Origin: Caecitellus pseudoparvulus
Taxonomy: Eukaryota > Protista > Bigyra: Bicosoecida
Assembly: GCA_965644315.1 (NCBI GenBank)
Contig: CBFFRQ010000092.1
Location: 77,782-141,781, forward strand
DNA: 64,000 bases
Direction: 5' to 3'
Below, piece after piece: positions 29,363 through 42,778 of this stretch; the stretch's first letter is position 1, and each line of letters starts with the position of its first letter. Under the pieces are notes generated by a model. It did no database searches and was not told the DNA's origin. It saw nothing but the letters and a program-made list of their open reading frames with translations. The translations under genes were made by a program, and so were the position numbers.

Positions 29363-32300
29363 TTAGTCAAAGAGGCCGCCAAGCCCCTCACTGCTGTCTG
29401 TCTCGGATCCGGTGTAGTCTGACTCGGAAACCTCGGAGTCGGAGCTGCCAAAGAGGTCATGACTGTGGTCGGGCGCAGCAGCTGCGCGTGCGGAGCCCTT
29501 GCTGCCAGAGATCTTGGCGCCCAGGGACTCCATGGCGGTCTTGCGCACGGCAGCGGGGAGGGCAGAGGCGGAGGCGATGGGGTGCACGGCGCGCATGGAG
29601 GCGTTCTTGCCGTACATGTTCACCACGAGGTGGATGCCGCTGCGCTTGGGCTCCTTGATGGCGGGCTCCGCGGCGGCCGCACCACCGGCCTCCTCCTCCT
29701 CACCTTCGCCCTCCTTGGCGGACGAGCTGCGGCCGAAGAGGGAGGAGAACCAGGACTTGCCCTTGCGAGAGGACTCGGTGGACTCTGACGCGTCACTGCG
29801 GCTGGAGCGTCGTGCCCGGCCACCTCGCCCGCGGCCGCGCCGGCCACGCGGTGGCGCAGTGCCGCCAGTGCTGCTGGCATCCTTGGGGGGGCGGCCTGGA
29901 TCCTCGATGCGCACGCCGTTGATGTACAGGTATGCCTTGCCTGCCTCGAACAGGACGCCGATGCGGTCCCCCATGCCCGGCTTGAAGGAATCGGATGAGC
30001 CAGGCAGCTTGGTGCCCTCGATCTTCCAGTACTGGGCGCCGATGCTGGACATGTTGGTGCTGCCGTCATGCGTGCCGCGCTCGCCCCGGCCCTTGAAGAT
30101 ACCCACCTCCAAGTACCCTGACCAGGTCGTCTCCATGCGGTTGATCTCGAACTCCATGTACCCGGGGTCAGTGAAGTCGGTCTCGGAGAAGACGTGCGCG
30201 TGGTAGGAGGAGGTGCGGTTGGCCACTGCACCCGGCATGCTCACGCCACCACCTGGGATGGAGATGGTGGCACCACTGGCGGTGTCGCGCTCCTCCGTCA
30301 ATTCGTGGTCGCGAATGTCCATGCGGGAGGACGCCGTGCCGCGGTGCCAGGACAGCAGCTGGTGGTACTTGGCGCACTTCTTCATGGCCAGGCGCTTGCG
30401 CACAGCCTCCCGGCGAGTCACCATGGCAGAGGCAGCCAGCTCGCGCTCACGGTCACTGAGGGCCACTGCCGCGGCATCTCGCGCCACGCCCTGCACGATG
30501 GCCAGCTGGCGCTGCAGCAGGGGCACGAGGGCGTCACGGTAGGCACGTCGCAGTGCGACGCTGCGGGCGGAGCCCGCCGAGGCGAAGTAGCCGTTGGGGC
30601 CGACAGGCGCGGCATCCTCCTCGTCGTCGTCGTCATCCACATCGGCTTCAGGGTTGGTCCACTCCCACTCCCTGTCCGTGTCGTAGCCCGTGGTGGCCTG
30701 CACCACCTCCTCCAGCTCCACCACATGCTCGGCCACCAGCGGCTTCAGCACATCCCGGTCGTACGCCGTCACCGATGCGACCAGGCGGGCCAGGGAGTGC
30801 AGCTGCGACACGGCAGCCTTGAGCTGGGCGCGCTTGCCCTCCTCCTTCAAGCTCATGGCCAGGATGGCGCAGTTCTGCACGACGCGGTACGCCGCGAAGG
30901 CAACAGAGGCGGCTGTGATCTCGCTCTCCACCTCTGCCAGCACAGCCGAGTCACGCGCCAGCAGGGCCGTGGCGGTGAGCTTGGGCAGCGCAGCGCGCAT
31001 GGAGCGTGCTGCGACAGACAGGGACTTGACTCGGCGTGACACGAGGTCGAACTCTGCCGCGGAGCCCTTGCCAGTCTCGATCTTGACCAGTTCCCGCGTG
31101 CAGGTGCCGGAGGTGTGGTAAGGGCCGTTGCAGCCCCAGCACCACTCGTGGCTGCACTTGCGGCAGGTCATGTGCGGGCAGCCCTTGTTCTTCTCGATGC
31201 GCACGCCGCACTTGGGGCAGGGCTTGGTCATGCTGAGCATGAGGGAGAGGCTCTCCATCTCAGACGCGGACAGCTCCAGGAAGCCGCGCTTGCCGCGCCA
31301 GTCCTCCATGAAGGAGCAGGGCACTGGTGCGTGGGCAGGCAGCCCGCAGTTGACGCACTTGACCAGCCCGGAGCCTGGTGGGCCCATCTCGGCGGGGAAG
31401 TGCTTCAGGCGTGCAGCGGCACGGTCCTCCTTCGTCATGCCTGCCTTTGACTTGGGCTTGCTTTCCTTGCTCTCGGCCGCAGCGCCGCCGCTGCTGGAGG
31501 CAGTGGGCGCGGGGCGCTTGGCACCTGCGTCCGTCACCTTCACCACAGTGGGCAGGGGAGGGAAGAACAGGCGGAAGTCCAGGGAGTCGGTGGCGGCACT
31601 GGCGGGCGCGGGGCGCTCCGCCGTCACGCCTGAAGACGGCACCAGGCTCTTGGCGAGGCCCCACAGCGAAGCAGTGGGGGGACGGTACAGTGCTGAGGGC
31701 GTGTAGGGGGACGCCGTCGGGTTGGACAGCGCCGTCAGCGGCGCGTCGCCGGAAGAGCCCATGGTGGCCGACACCGCCAGCATGGCAGAAATGGCGATGC
31801 CCTCCAGGGAGGAGTCGGCGCGGTACAGGGAGCGCCCGGCAGCGCTGGGCTCGTCGCCCGCCGTGGCGCCAGAGCTGGTGGCCACAGCAGGCCCTGACGC
31901 GAACTCGTCTGCCAGGACAGTCTCCCGGAAGTGCTTCACGTCCTCCTCAGCGATGCCGGCGCCCTCGAAGTCGTAGGAGGCCAGGGCGGCACTGCACTTG
32001 GAGGCCCAGCACTTGATGTGGGCGTCTCCTTGGCGCACCTTGCCGACTACGTGGGCGCGCCAGCAGCCGGCGCAGGAGCGGTGCCCACACCAAGCGGCAA
32101 AGGTGGAGGAGAAGGGCACGTCGTCCAGGCACACGGGGCACTCGAACTCCACGCGGCTGCCGAGGTCAGCCAGGGTGCTGCGCAGCTCAGCAAGGCTGGG
32201 GGCGGGGCCGGACCAGCCCGAGGCTGCCGCGTCTGCAACGGCCGCCTTGAACGCGGCGCCACCCTCCAGCAGGCCCGCGTGCTGGTGCTTGTGCCCGGTG

Positions 32301-35300
32301 CACACGGGCACTGCCTCCATGGGGGACAGGGGGTGTGTGGAGGGCGCCGCGTCGCCCAGGTGGCGGGGCAGCGGCCACAGGAAGGGGTTGGCTGCCCCCA
32401 GAGCCTGCAGCGTCTCCTCCGTGAAGCCGGAGGAGACGTCCACGCCGGCCTCTGCCAGGGCAGCCGCCAGGATGGACGCGGAGCTGGGCACAGCAGAGGT
32501 GTCCTCTCCCGCATCCTCCATGGCGGTGACGAGGGAGGCAGCCTGCAGCAGCAGGCCCACGGCCGTGCCGGCGGGCTCTGCAGTTCGGCCGGCCTGGGCG
32601 CGCAGGTTGGCCTGGGCCACCAGCCAGCGCTCCAGCAGCACATCCACGCGCCAAGAGCAAGCTCGCAAGAGGACCTCTGCGTCAGCCAGGGAGACGGTGA
32701 GGGCGTCGGCAACTGCCTTGCACAGCTGCATGACCTTGGCTGCGAGGCCAGAGGCGGGGGATGCCCCCGCGCCCTCAGTCAGCAGCGCCTTGGACTGGGC
32801 CCCGCCGGCAAGGGAGGAGCCATGGGCGGCAGCCGAGGCACCAGAGGGGGCGGCCAGGCCGTGGTCCGTGGAGAACTGGCGCGTGAGGGCGCCCAATCCA
32901 GCAGGAGGGCCGGGGGGCGGCGGGATGTCATCGTCGCCCATCGGCACGCCTGTGCCGGGCAGCTGGCTGGCATCCACCGAGCAGATGGCCGCCAGGGCTC
33001 GCTGCGCAGCAGACAGCGCCTGGCGCTGGGCGGCAGAGGTGTCCGCAGCCGGCTCGGCGTGCTTGCTCTCGGCAACGCCGCCCATGTAGTCCTCCTCTTT
33101 GCCCTCGCCCGCCTCCATGGGCGGGCGGCTGCTCAGCACCGCCGTGCCTTCGCAGACGTCGGGCACAGAGGAGAAGGTCGCGAGGCCGGCCAGGTCCTCC
33201 GCCGTCTCGTCCGGGACGTAGGCCAGGGCGGGCTCGGAGCCCATGAAGCGCTGCTCGCCGCCCAGCGCCTCTTCATCCTGCTCCATGGCAGTGCTCAGGG
33301 CAGCCAGCAGGGCTGCGACGAAGTTGGGCGTCTCCATGGACTTGTCCTCGTTGCCACCTGGCGTGGTGGTGGCGGGTGCCTCCTCAGGCTCCTCCTCCTG
33401 CAGCTCAGACTCGGCCTGGGCGTCGGCCAGGGCGCCCATGAAGGACGACAGCGTCTCTTCATCGATGTCGTCCCCTGACAAGTCCACGACGGCCGTCGTG
33501 CCTTCCTCGATGGCTGCCAGCAGGGGCGCCAGCTTGGGGTCGGCGTCCTCCTCCGAGCTGGAGGACAGCAGGAGGTTCTTCAGCAGGCTGGTGTTCACGG
33601 TGACCTTGGAGGAGCCCTCCAGCTCTGTCACATCCAGGTCCCCTGACCGGGCGCTCTCTTCCTTCGGCGTCCCCTTCACCTGCTCATACGCGTCCAGGAG
33701 GCGCTTGAAGAAGGCCAGCAGCTGCAGGGCACCTTCCCGGGACCACACGCGCACGCTGGCTTGGCGCAGGTACCCTGCCGTGACCAGGGACGTCACGCAG
33801 CTGGAGAAGTCGTCCCACGTGACTGGGAAGCGCCCAGCGACGTCCTCCACCACGCGCGCGTGCACGGTGCGCAGCGGCAGCATGGCCATGCCCTTGCAGG
33901 CCGAGACGATGGCGGCCTTGAGCACGACGCGGCGCCAGGTGCGCACCGAGGCGCGAGCCAGGGCCTTGTCGCTCTCCGACTCGCCGCCGTCCTGCTCAAG
34001 AGCGGACAGGGTCACGCGGTGCACTGTAATGCTGCTGCGCTGGGAGGCGAAGGCCGTGTTCAGCACGAACAGCGTGCCAGCGGGGAAGGCGTTCTGCACC
34101 GTGCCGGCCAGTGTCACGCCGTGGCCTGGGGCCTCCAGCGCATCCGGCGGCAGCTGCGCCGTGAGCAGGTCCTGCCCAGGGGCGGTGAGGGCGAGCAGTG
34201 CCGCCTCCACGTCCACACGCAGCGTGCGGGCCTTAGCTTCGCAGTCGCTGTCGGAGTGCCCTAGAAGGTGCAGGGGGGGCATGAGGGCAGCGTGGATGTG
34301 CTCCACAGGCACCTGGATGTCGTCCCCCGCCCCTGCCGTATCAGAGTTGAACAGCTCCAGGATGGAGCCCTGCAGGGTGGTCAGCGTCACCTCCCCGTGC
34401 CAGCGGGGCAGCTTCACGCTGAGCGTGATGGGGGACACATGCAGGGCCCAGTGCAGCTGCCGGTTCCCCACCGCCGCCTTGATGCCGGAGTGCCCGCTCT
34501 TCACCAGCCCGCTCGTGCGGGCGGTCGCAGCCGAGGAAGACTTGGCGAAGGGGGAGGTGAGGGGTGCTGCCGAGGGACCAGACACGCTGCCGCCAGAGGC
34601 CAGTGCCACCAGCTTGGGCGCGTCGGGGATGCTGCCCACCTGCGCGTCCTCCAGGTTGCCGAACAGGTGCGCCGTCACGAAGTGTGGGTACACGCTGCGG
34701 GCCAGGGTGGAGGCCTCTGCGGGGGACAGCTGCGCCAGCGCCTGCATGAAGCCGGGCGGCGTGGCGGTGAGCGTGCTGTCGCTGGCGGGGTGGTACCCGT
34801 CGCCGTGGAAGACGCTCTCGTACGTGTGCAGGACGGCGGCCCATGCAGGGGGCAGGGAGAAGGTCGCCCCGAAGCCCTGCAGGGGGCCGTGCCAGCGGTG
34901 TCCGCAGCCGACGAAGGCGCTGATGTCGCCGTGCATGACAGCTTGGGACAGGGAGGCGGGCAGGGAGGGCACTGCGCCCAGGCCCAGGGACACTGCCAGG
35001 GAGGTGGGCACGATGGAGGTCGTGGGCGCGGTGGGGGCAGTGGGTGCCGCAGCAGGCACAGCCACCGCCTCGCCGCCGTCCTTGGACTCGAGGGACCCGG
35101 ACAGCAGCGCCGACAGGTCAGCCGCCTGGTCCGCGGGCATGCTGCCCAGCAGCTCCGCCACCTCGCCCGCTGCATCGCCGTCCGCGGCGCCGGTCTTGGA
35201 CTCGGCAGCTGTGCGCGCCGCGACGGCAGAGGCGACGGCCTGGGCCTGCAGGCGGCGCTGCAGGGGCGTGTTCAGCGCCGAGGCGGTGTGTGCGTCCACC

Positions 35301-38300
35301 AGCAGCTCGCAGGCGCGGAACCAGTGCTCTGCAGTGGCCTGCAGCACGAAGCCGGACGTCGCGTCGCCAGGCTGTGCGCCCAGCTGCGTGGCGCCGGCCG
35401 CGGCGGGGGTCCATGCGGCGGGCATGGAGGCGACAGAGAGGGGGGCAGGCATGCCCAGGGGGGGCGCGCCTGCTCCGCCCAGCGCCTGCACGCTGTTTCC
35501 GCCCGCTGGCATGGCGCCCAGGCGAGCAGACATCATGGCGGGGTCGGTGCCGGCGGCTTCACGAGCCTCGGCAAGGCCCGCGTCCTCCTCATCGCCGCCC
35601 TGGCCGCCGCCTCCGCCCCCAATGAGCATGTCCTCCACCTCGGAGTCAGTGTCTACGTCGGCCATGCCCCCTCCATCTCGGCGGGAGGAGCGGATCTTGC
35701 TGGTCTGCCCCGCCAACCACGCAGAGCGCTTGCGGTAGGAGGCAGAGCCTGCCGTCAGCACGGCCGACTTGGAGGCAGGCTCCGCGAGCGTGTTGCCACC
35801 ACCCAGCGCCTTGAGCACAGACGCCTCGGCAGCGAGGCCGATGGAGCGCTGTGCGACGAGGCGGCGAGCCAGGTGCTGGGTGTAGACGGGGGCGGTGTCG
35901 GCGCCGGAGCCCAGCGCGACGACCAGCTGGGACACCTGGCGGCACATGTCCACACGGGAGGCGACGGAGGTGGAGCCGCCCACGGCGACGTCCGCGACGC
36001 TGTCGTTGATGACGGCCTGGATCTCAGCCATGAGTGCCTCTGGGCTGGCTTCGCTGTCCAGCAACACGTGCAGGGCACGGCAGACGGCAGCGGCGATGTC
36101 CCCTGCCGCAGACGGCGCGAGGGCGGAGTACGCTGACCGCAGGATGGACGGCACACGGGCTGCGAACTCTGGGAAGCGCCCGAAGACCTCGGCAGACGCA
36201 ACGTCCTGCAGGCGGCGCATGTGGTGCAGGAGAATGCCCACGGTCTTGGCAGGGGTGGGGGCGGTGGACGCCTCCCCCAGCATGGACACGGTGGCGGCGT
36301 GGGCAGCATCGCACCAGACGGCGAGGAGGGACAAGTACTGAGGCCCACGCTCGAAGGCGACGAAGTCACCGGAGGGCAGCACCACGGGTGCAGGCTCAGG
36401 CTCGCGTTCGTCCTCGCTGTCCGTCTCAAACGCGGCACCCTTGGGGCGGGGGTTGCCACCCTCCTCGTACCACTGGATGCGCTCCATCTCAGGCAGCTCG
36501 CCAGACCAGCCAGAGCCGCCCTGGCCGGAGTCCCACGTGATAGTGCAGTTGGAGCCGCTGATGTTGGTGATGACACCCTTGCTGGCTGCCGTCGCGCTGC
36601 CCCACCCATGGGCCACGGAGGTCAAGCCAGGCTTCACACGCACGCGGTCACCCACCTTGAGCGGGCTGGTGTCAGGCTTCTTGCGAGTGCGGCGGCGGCG
36701 GCGGCGGCGGCGTGCCGGCACAGCCACGGAGGAGCTCTTGCTGGCCATGCCCTCCACGCTGAGGGGGTCGTGGCGCGCCACCAACACAGTGAGCTGGGCC
36801 GCCACCTCCTCTGGCAGCTTGGAGGCCCAGTCGCCCGCCAGGCCCAAGTCGTGGTGGCTGCCTGCTTCCGCCTCGGTGGGCGGCGGCATCAACACGCCCG
36901 TCGCGCCGTCGGTGTGCAGGCCGGCAGTGGAGGCCCCTGCCGAGACGGCGGCAGCGCCTGCCACCACCCCTGGCGGGGGCAGGGAGAAGAACATGGCAGA
37001 GGTGCCCGTGGCGGTGCCAGCGGCGGTGATGAGGCTGCCAACGTGGGCCTCGATGCCGTCCGCGGCACCCTGCATGGAGTCCTTTGCAGACACGGTGGCA
37101 AGGCCTGGCCCAGTGGGCGCCACGGCCTCTGCTACGGCCGGAGCATCCTCCATGATGGGCATCTTGCTGGTGGGGGACTGCAGCGTCACCTTGGCGCTGG
37201 CCAGGGTGCTGGCTGCCGCCGCGTACAGGGGCGTCTTGCCGTCCCAGCTCTTGGCGATGCTCCACTTGAGGATGAGCCCCGTCGTGCCACCCGAGTCGCG
37301 GTGCAGCTCCACGAGCTTCTTGTCGCAGTCTAGCACCCACCGGTACACGTGCCCGGAGCTCATGCCGAGGGAGGAGCCAGCTGGACCCTTGGTGGCCTTC
37401 TGGAAGCCCGATCCAGAGGGGGACGAGGAGGACATGTCCAGCTTGTTGCCGTTGTAGTACAGGCCGTTGGAGTCACCGTGGCGCAGGCACCAGGAGTTGG
37501 GGCACTCGGACGAGCCCAGCAGCTGCGTGTAGCGGTCCACATGCAGCTTGCTGCTCTTGGGCACGATGCCGATCTCGGTGGAGGTGCCGCCGGTGGAGCC
37601 GATGAGGCACTTCCACGTGTGCTTGCCCTTGGTCCAACCCTTGGAGCTGCGCACACCCGCCGTGCAGGATGGCGCGGAGTTCGTGCGGAAGGACGCCATC
37701 ATGTCGCCGTCCGTCAGCTTCGTGTGGGGGCTCTTGGTTGCGGAGTCCCACTTCCAGCCCTTGGCGGACTTGTACTTGCCAGAGGGCCTGGCCTTCTTCG
37801 CCTTCACAGCTGGCGCAGTGACGACGTGCAGGGAGCTGGACTTGGCGGCAGCTGCCAGCACGAGGCCGTCCAGGTACGAGTGCACGAGGGTGCGGAAGCC
37901 GAGGCCCTCTGTGACGCCGGGGCCAGAGGCGGTGGGATCCAGGGGGGAGGAGCCCTTGATGTACTTCATCAGCCCGCCGGACATGTGCTGCAGCTGCTCC
38001 CCCTGCAGAGGTGCCTGGGCCATGCTGGCTGCCAGCGCCACCTGGGCCACCAGGGGCTTGGAGATGGGGCTGGGCAGCAGCAGGCTGCAGAAGAGGTCAG
38101 GTGTCCAGTTGCAGCTCAGCACGGCGGCGCCACGCGGCTTGGTCAGGGCCGCCACGATGGCGTCCTTGGTCAGGGAGATGGCTTGCAGCGCCGCGACGGC
38201 GGGGCTCTGCACGGGCCCCACGTCCAGTGCTCCGCGCGCGATGGCCGAGTCCGCCGCCTCCTTGGCCTGCACAGCCTTCACCCGGGCGGCGTGCATGGCA

Positions 38301-41300
38301 GCCTGGAAGTGCAGTGCAGACAGCATGAGCAGGCGGGGGCGCAGGAAGGACGCGTAGCGCGCCACAAGGGGCAGGCACACCAGAGGGCTCAGCACGGAGA
38401 AGGCGGTGGGGTTCAGGTCCAGGGCGGGGGACGCCTCCTTGCTCTCTGCAGCCGCTTCCGGGGCGGCGGCGCCCTGCGTCAGCACAGGCTGTGCCGCGGC
38501 AGCACTGGCCGCAGCGCAGATGGCGGCGGGGGCCCGACCGTACATGAACCCGGAGAAGGCAGCCAGGGTGTGCAGGGAGATGTGCCCGGACCAGATGGCC
38601 TTGCGCACGGCTCCCTTGGCCTTGCCCACGTCCATCCAGAACGCCACACCCTCGTTCACCTCCAGCTCGGCAGCGCTCATGCCCTTGGTCATGGCTGAGT
38701 CGCCGCCTGCTGCGGAGCGTGCTGGTGCAGGCAGTGTCGCGCCTGGCACAGCAGGCTCACGCCCATGCACCTCCTGGTACAGCTGAGCCAGGCTCTGGTG
38801 CATGAGGACGAAGCCCGGCGCAGAGCCTGGGCGCACGTCCGCCAGGCCGGCGCAGGACTCGAAGCAGGACACGCCGGAGGCCAGGGCGACGTCCAGGATG
38901 CCCACTGCGAACTGCACCAGGATGCGCTCGCGCGCCTGGTCAGCCTTGCTGCAGCCCGGCTTGGAGGACGGCAGCAGGCAGTCCCACAGCGTGCCTGCGA
39001 CAGAGCCCACTGCCGCGCCGCGCAGGGCAGAGTCCAGCAGGGCGGAAATGCTGGCGGGGGGCGACGGGCCGGTCGGCTTGTCGGACTCTGAGCGTTCGGC
39101 AAGCCACGCCTTGTACGCCTTGATGACGTGGACCTTGTCCTCTTCGGGGAACTCTTGCTGCATCTCGGAGATGGCGGCACTCCAGCCTGACTGGGAGGGG
39201 AAGTCCACCTTCATCTTGGTGTCCGAGGTGATGCTGACGACAGTGCCCACCTCGCCGTGCTTCACGCTGCCCCAGCCGTACTGGGGCTTGCTGCAGCTGC
39301 GCTTGACAGAGCACTTGTCGCCGGGCGAGAAGGTGGTGGCTGTCGCCTTCTTCAGCACCTTGATGGCCTTGGAGCGGTGGGAGCCCGCGAGGCTCTTGGC
39401 GATCTTGGGCATCGCCACGATGGTGTCCCACTCGGACAAGGCGGGCTTGGGCATGCCGCGAGGTCGCGAGGCGGAGGACACCTCGTCTTCCTCGGAGGAG
39501 GCGAACTCGTCCTCGTCGTCGGAGTGTGCGAAGAAAGACCCAATGTCCCAGGACTTGGGGCCCTTGCTGCCCTTGCTGGCCTTGCTGCTCTTGGAGGCGG
39601 AGGACTTGGTGCCGCCCTTGACGATGACGGCCAGGGTGGCGGGGTTGGACACGAGCGTCTCGCCTGCCAGCGCCACGCTGCGAGTGGCCAGCGCGTTCAT
39701 GGCTCGCAGCAACTGCCAGCGCGTGACGGCCAGGCCCAGGTTCAGGCCCGCCAGCGCCTCCTCGGTGCTGCTCACGGAGCCCATGCCAGAGGCGGAAACA
39801 TCACGCAGCTGCTGCTGCAGGGCCAGCGCGCGGGAGGCCAGCGTCATGACCGTGGGCAGGGAAGCCACGTCCAGGTCGCCCAGCGACCCCTCCTTGCGAG
39901 CCTTCTGGTCGCTCTGCAGGCGCGCACCTGCCGCGCTGATGGGCCCGGGGCCCCAGATCAGCAGGCGGGCCACACGGGCGTACAGTGGCGGCGCCTGGGC
40001 CCAAGCAGCCAGTGTCTCCGTCGCAGTGGTGGTGCCAGCTGCAGGGTCAGAGGGCGTCGCGGGCGTGCCGGCGGCAGCTCCGCCGGGCGCCGCGGACGTC
40101 GGGCGGGCGGCGGTGGGGGTGGGCTCTGCGTTCAGAGCGGCGTACTGGGAAGCCAGCTGGGACGCCAGTACACGGGCCATGGTGGCAACGGAGGAGGCCA
40201 AGGCTCGCTCGGCGGCGGCGGGCAGGGCACCCTCCCCTGTGCTGCTCGCCACGGCAGGCATGGCCAGCAGCGCTTGTGCCACCCGGAGAGCGAGAGTGGG
40301 GTGCAGGCCAGCGGCGGCCATGAGCAGCTGAGAGGACACTTCCGACAGGGGCGGCAGGGCAGCTGCCTTGCCGCTGGCGGCGCCAGCTGTGAGCTCCTGG
40401 GCCGCGGCGGCCTCGGAGGCGGCTGCCTCGGCAGCTCCGCCGACGTCCACGCCGCCAAAGACGGGGTCGGCAGTGGCCAGGGATGCGGGGTCCACCTTGG
40501 GCGCAGGGGGCGCTTCCTTGGCGGCCTTCTTGCCCTTTCTCTTGCGCTTGGAGCGCGTGCGCTCCACGGAGGAGTCACTGTCAGAGTCAGCCGAGTCAGC
40601 GTCAGAGTCACTGCCGGAACCCGCCTCCGAGTCAGAGCTGGCCTTGGCCTTGGCCTTGCGCTCAGCACGCTTGCGGGCCACCATCTGCTCGTGGGTTTCC
40701 TTGGGGGCCGTGTCTGCTGCGGCTTCCTCAGCTGCAGCCGCTGCCGCTGCCTCGGCGTCGACGGCAGCCTGGCTCATGCTGAGCGTGAGCAAGCCGTGTT
40801 CGGGGTGCGTGCAGATGTCCAAGATGGTCTTGCCCAGGGACATGATGGCAGGCGGCACCTCGCCCGACTCGTCACCGTCCCCCAAGTGCTCGGAGGCCTC
40901 CTGGATCAGGCTGCTGCGCATGACGGGGTCAGACAAGTATGCCACGACGGCCTGCAGGAGGGGCACCTTCATGCTGATGCTGTCCATGCCGAGGGCAGCG
41001 CCTGCCATGGGCGCAGGGGCCCGCACGAGGCTCAGCAGGCCCTGCACTTGGGTGAGGATGGCCCCCGCTGGAGGCGAGCTGCTCTCGCGACCGGCCATAT
41101 CTGGCACCGGCGCGAAGTCGCCGGGGTTTACCTCGGCAGAGGCAGCGGGGACGGGCAGCGCGCCGTCGCCCCGGGAGGCGACGTCCTCCAAGTCGGCCTT
41201 GATGCCGTCCACGACAGCCTGGGGCAGGCTGCCCTTGGCCACATACAGGTCCAGGAGGGGGGAGAGATGGCGCCAGGACAGCACGGCTCCAGCCAGCGCC

Positions 41301-42634
41301 GGCGCGTCGCCCAGCGCCTCGTACGTTGGGATGACGCTCTGCACCGTGCCCAGGCTGAGTGCGGGAGCAGGCCCGCCCAGGGCAGCCACCAACAGATTCG
41401 CTGCGTCCTGAGCAGACTGCCCAGTGCCAGCAAGCGCTTGGGCCAGGGACAGGGTGTCGGCAGAGGAGACGCCCTCCGCCTCCTCCTCAGACTCCTCGCC
41501 ACCCTTGCCGGTGATGGAGACCCAGGAGACGGGGTCCAGGACGTGCAGGGGCACGAAATGCTTGTACCCAGGGGGAGGTGACTCCGCCAAGCCCCACGTC
41601 AAGGGTTCCAGGTCTATGACGCTGGTGCCGCTGGAGAACTTCACCTTGGCGGTGGCGCCGCTGATGCTCTTGATCGTGCCGCGCTGCCAGTACTTCTTGG
41701 CGTGCCCTGGGCGGGCCATCTCCTGCGACGTCCCGGAGGGCAGCCACGCGCAGCCGGCGAGGTCGCTGGGAGAGCCACTGTGACCCCACTTGATCAGGTC
41801 ATGACCGCGCTCGTCACTTGGGCAGTTGTTGCCTGAATGGTTGCCGTAGCGCCGGCCACAGACGGAGCAGATCTCGTCCATGTTGCTGGGGGCCGACGGG
41901 TACAGCGTCTTGGCCTTCTGCGTGAAGCGAGACCACACCGTCGCACCCACCAGCTTCTTGGAGCCTGCTGACACCAATTTGCGGAGCGCGGCCGCCTTCT
42001 TCTTGTCGGGGCGCCCGAAGAGGTCGGTGCGGTTGGAGGCAGGGAAGAGGGTGATGGGTTCACCAGGACAGTTGTCCTTGTCCACAACCTTGATGAAGCC
42101 GTCCGGGCCGCCGCCTGACGCGTGGATGCTGCGAAGCACGCGGAGGTGAGGGGATTGCCACCACGCCAAGCTCAGGCACACGCGCGGGGGGAAGCGGCGA
42201 GAGGCACCGCCAGCTGGCAGCCTGCGGCAGGAGCACGTACCACATGGCAGGCAGGGGGACATGGAAAAACCTGGGCAGTGGGCGAGGAAGGTGGGCAGGT
42301 ACCGTGCAGGGAGCGACCCGGTTCCGCATGCCAGGGTTGACGCCGCTCACTTCATGCCGTCGTGCGTGATGACCTTGTCCACGCGCACATTGCCACCCCT
42401 GCGTGGGCAGAAGCAAGCTCAAGGGAGTCGTGCAGGAGTCGTTTAGGTAAGGGCAGGGGCAGCTGCGGCGCACATGTCTTGTTGGTAGCCTCCCCTGCCA
42501 GAATGGCTGTGGGGCGCGCTGGACGATCCCTTGTGCAGGTGGGATTGGGAGACGCGCACGATGAAGAAACGCGTGTCCAGCTCGCTGGCTGAAGTGGGCT
42601 GCTTCTTAGGCAGGGCCAGCTTCTTCCGAGGCAT
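29363..42634 (-). CDS. Giant (~4,350 aa) E3 ubiquitin ligase: two HERC2/CPH-like domains, SPRY, cullin C-terminal/Nedd8 domain, UBA-like, Ariadne-type RBR, NHR; CUL9/PARC-like architecture
   Basis: HERC2-like GDKCSVK...PQYGWGSV...VDFPSQSGW (~39160-39335) and LKVGDRVRVK...HGWG (~36480-36660); SPRY (~37190-37760); cullin YTQHLARRL, RQLHWALH, LTTLQGSILELFN, LKAAIVSACK...RFPV...CVTSLVTAGYLRQ; RING1 CPVC...CGH.SC..CW; RING2 TKPCPKCGVRIEKNKGCPHMTC..C.HEWCW.C; NHR VFS...FEIN...WSGYLEVG...GDRIGV...VVNMYG. Short 5' exons from ATG 42634 (MPRKKLALPKK), then a ~12.7-kb exon. Confidence 0.85.
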
Positions 42635-42778
42635 GGTGGAAAGGGCGTGAAAGCGGCGAGAGACTGGCGGGGGAATGGGCCACCACGCCAATCAGCGTGG
42701 GGTTGGTGTCCTGAGTCGCACGAGCAGCTGCTGCCACAACTACACGCACAGCGTCAGGAAAGGCAAGTGGTGCTGAGG

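Noticed and set aside
33243-35738. Long antisense or alternate-frame ORFs (e.g. 831 aa here, 774 aa at 39257, 763 aa at 43241, 868 aa at 59419)
   Set aside because: Shadow ORFs expected from high GC3 in the real genes; no motifs and biased Ser/Arg/Pro composition.
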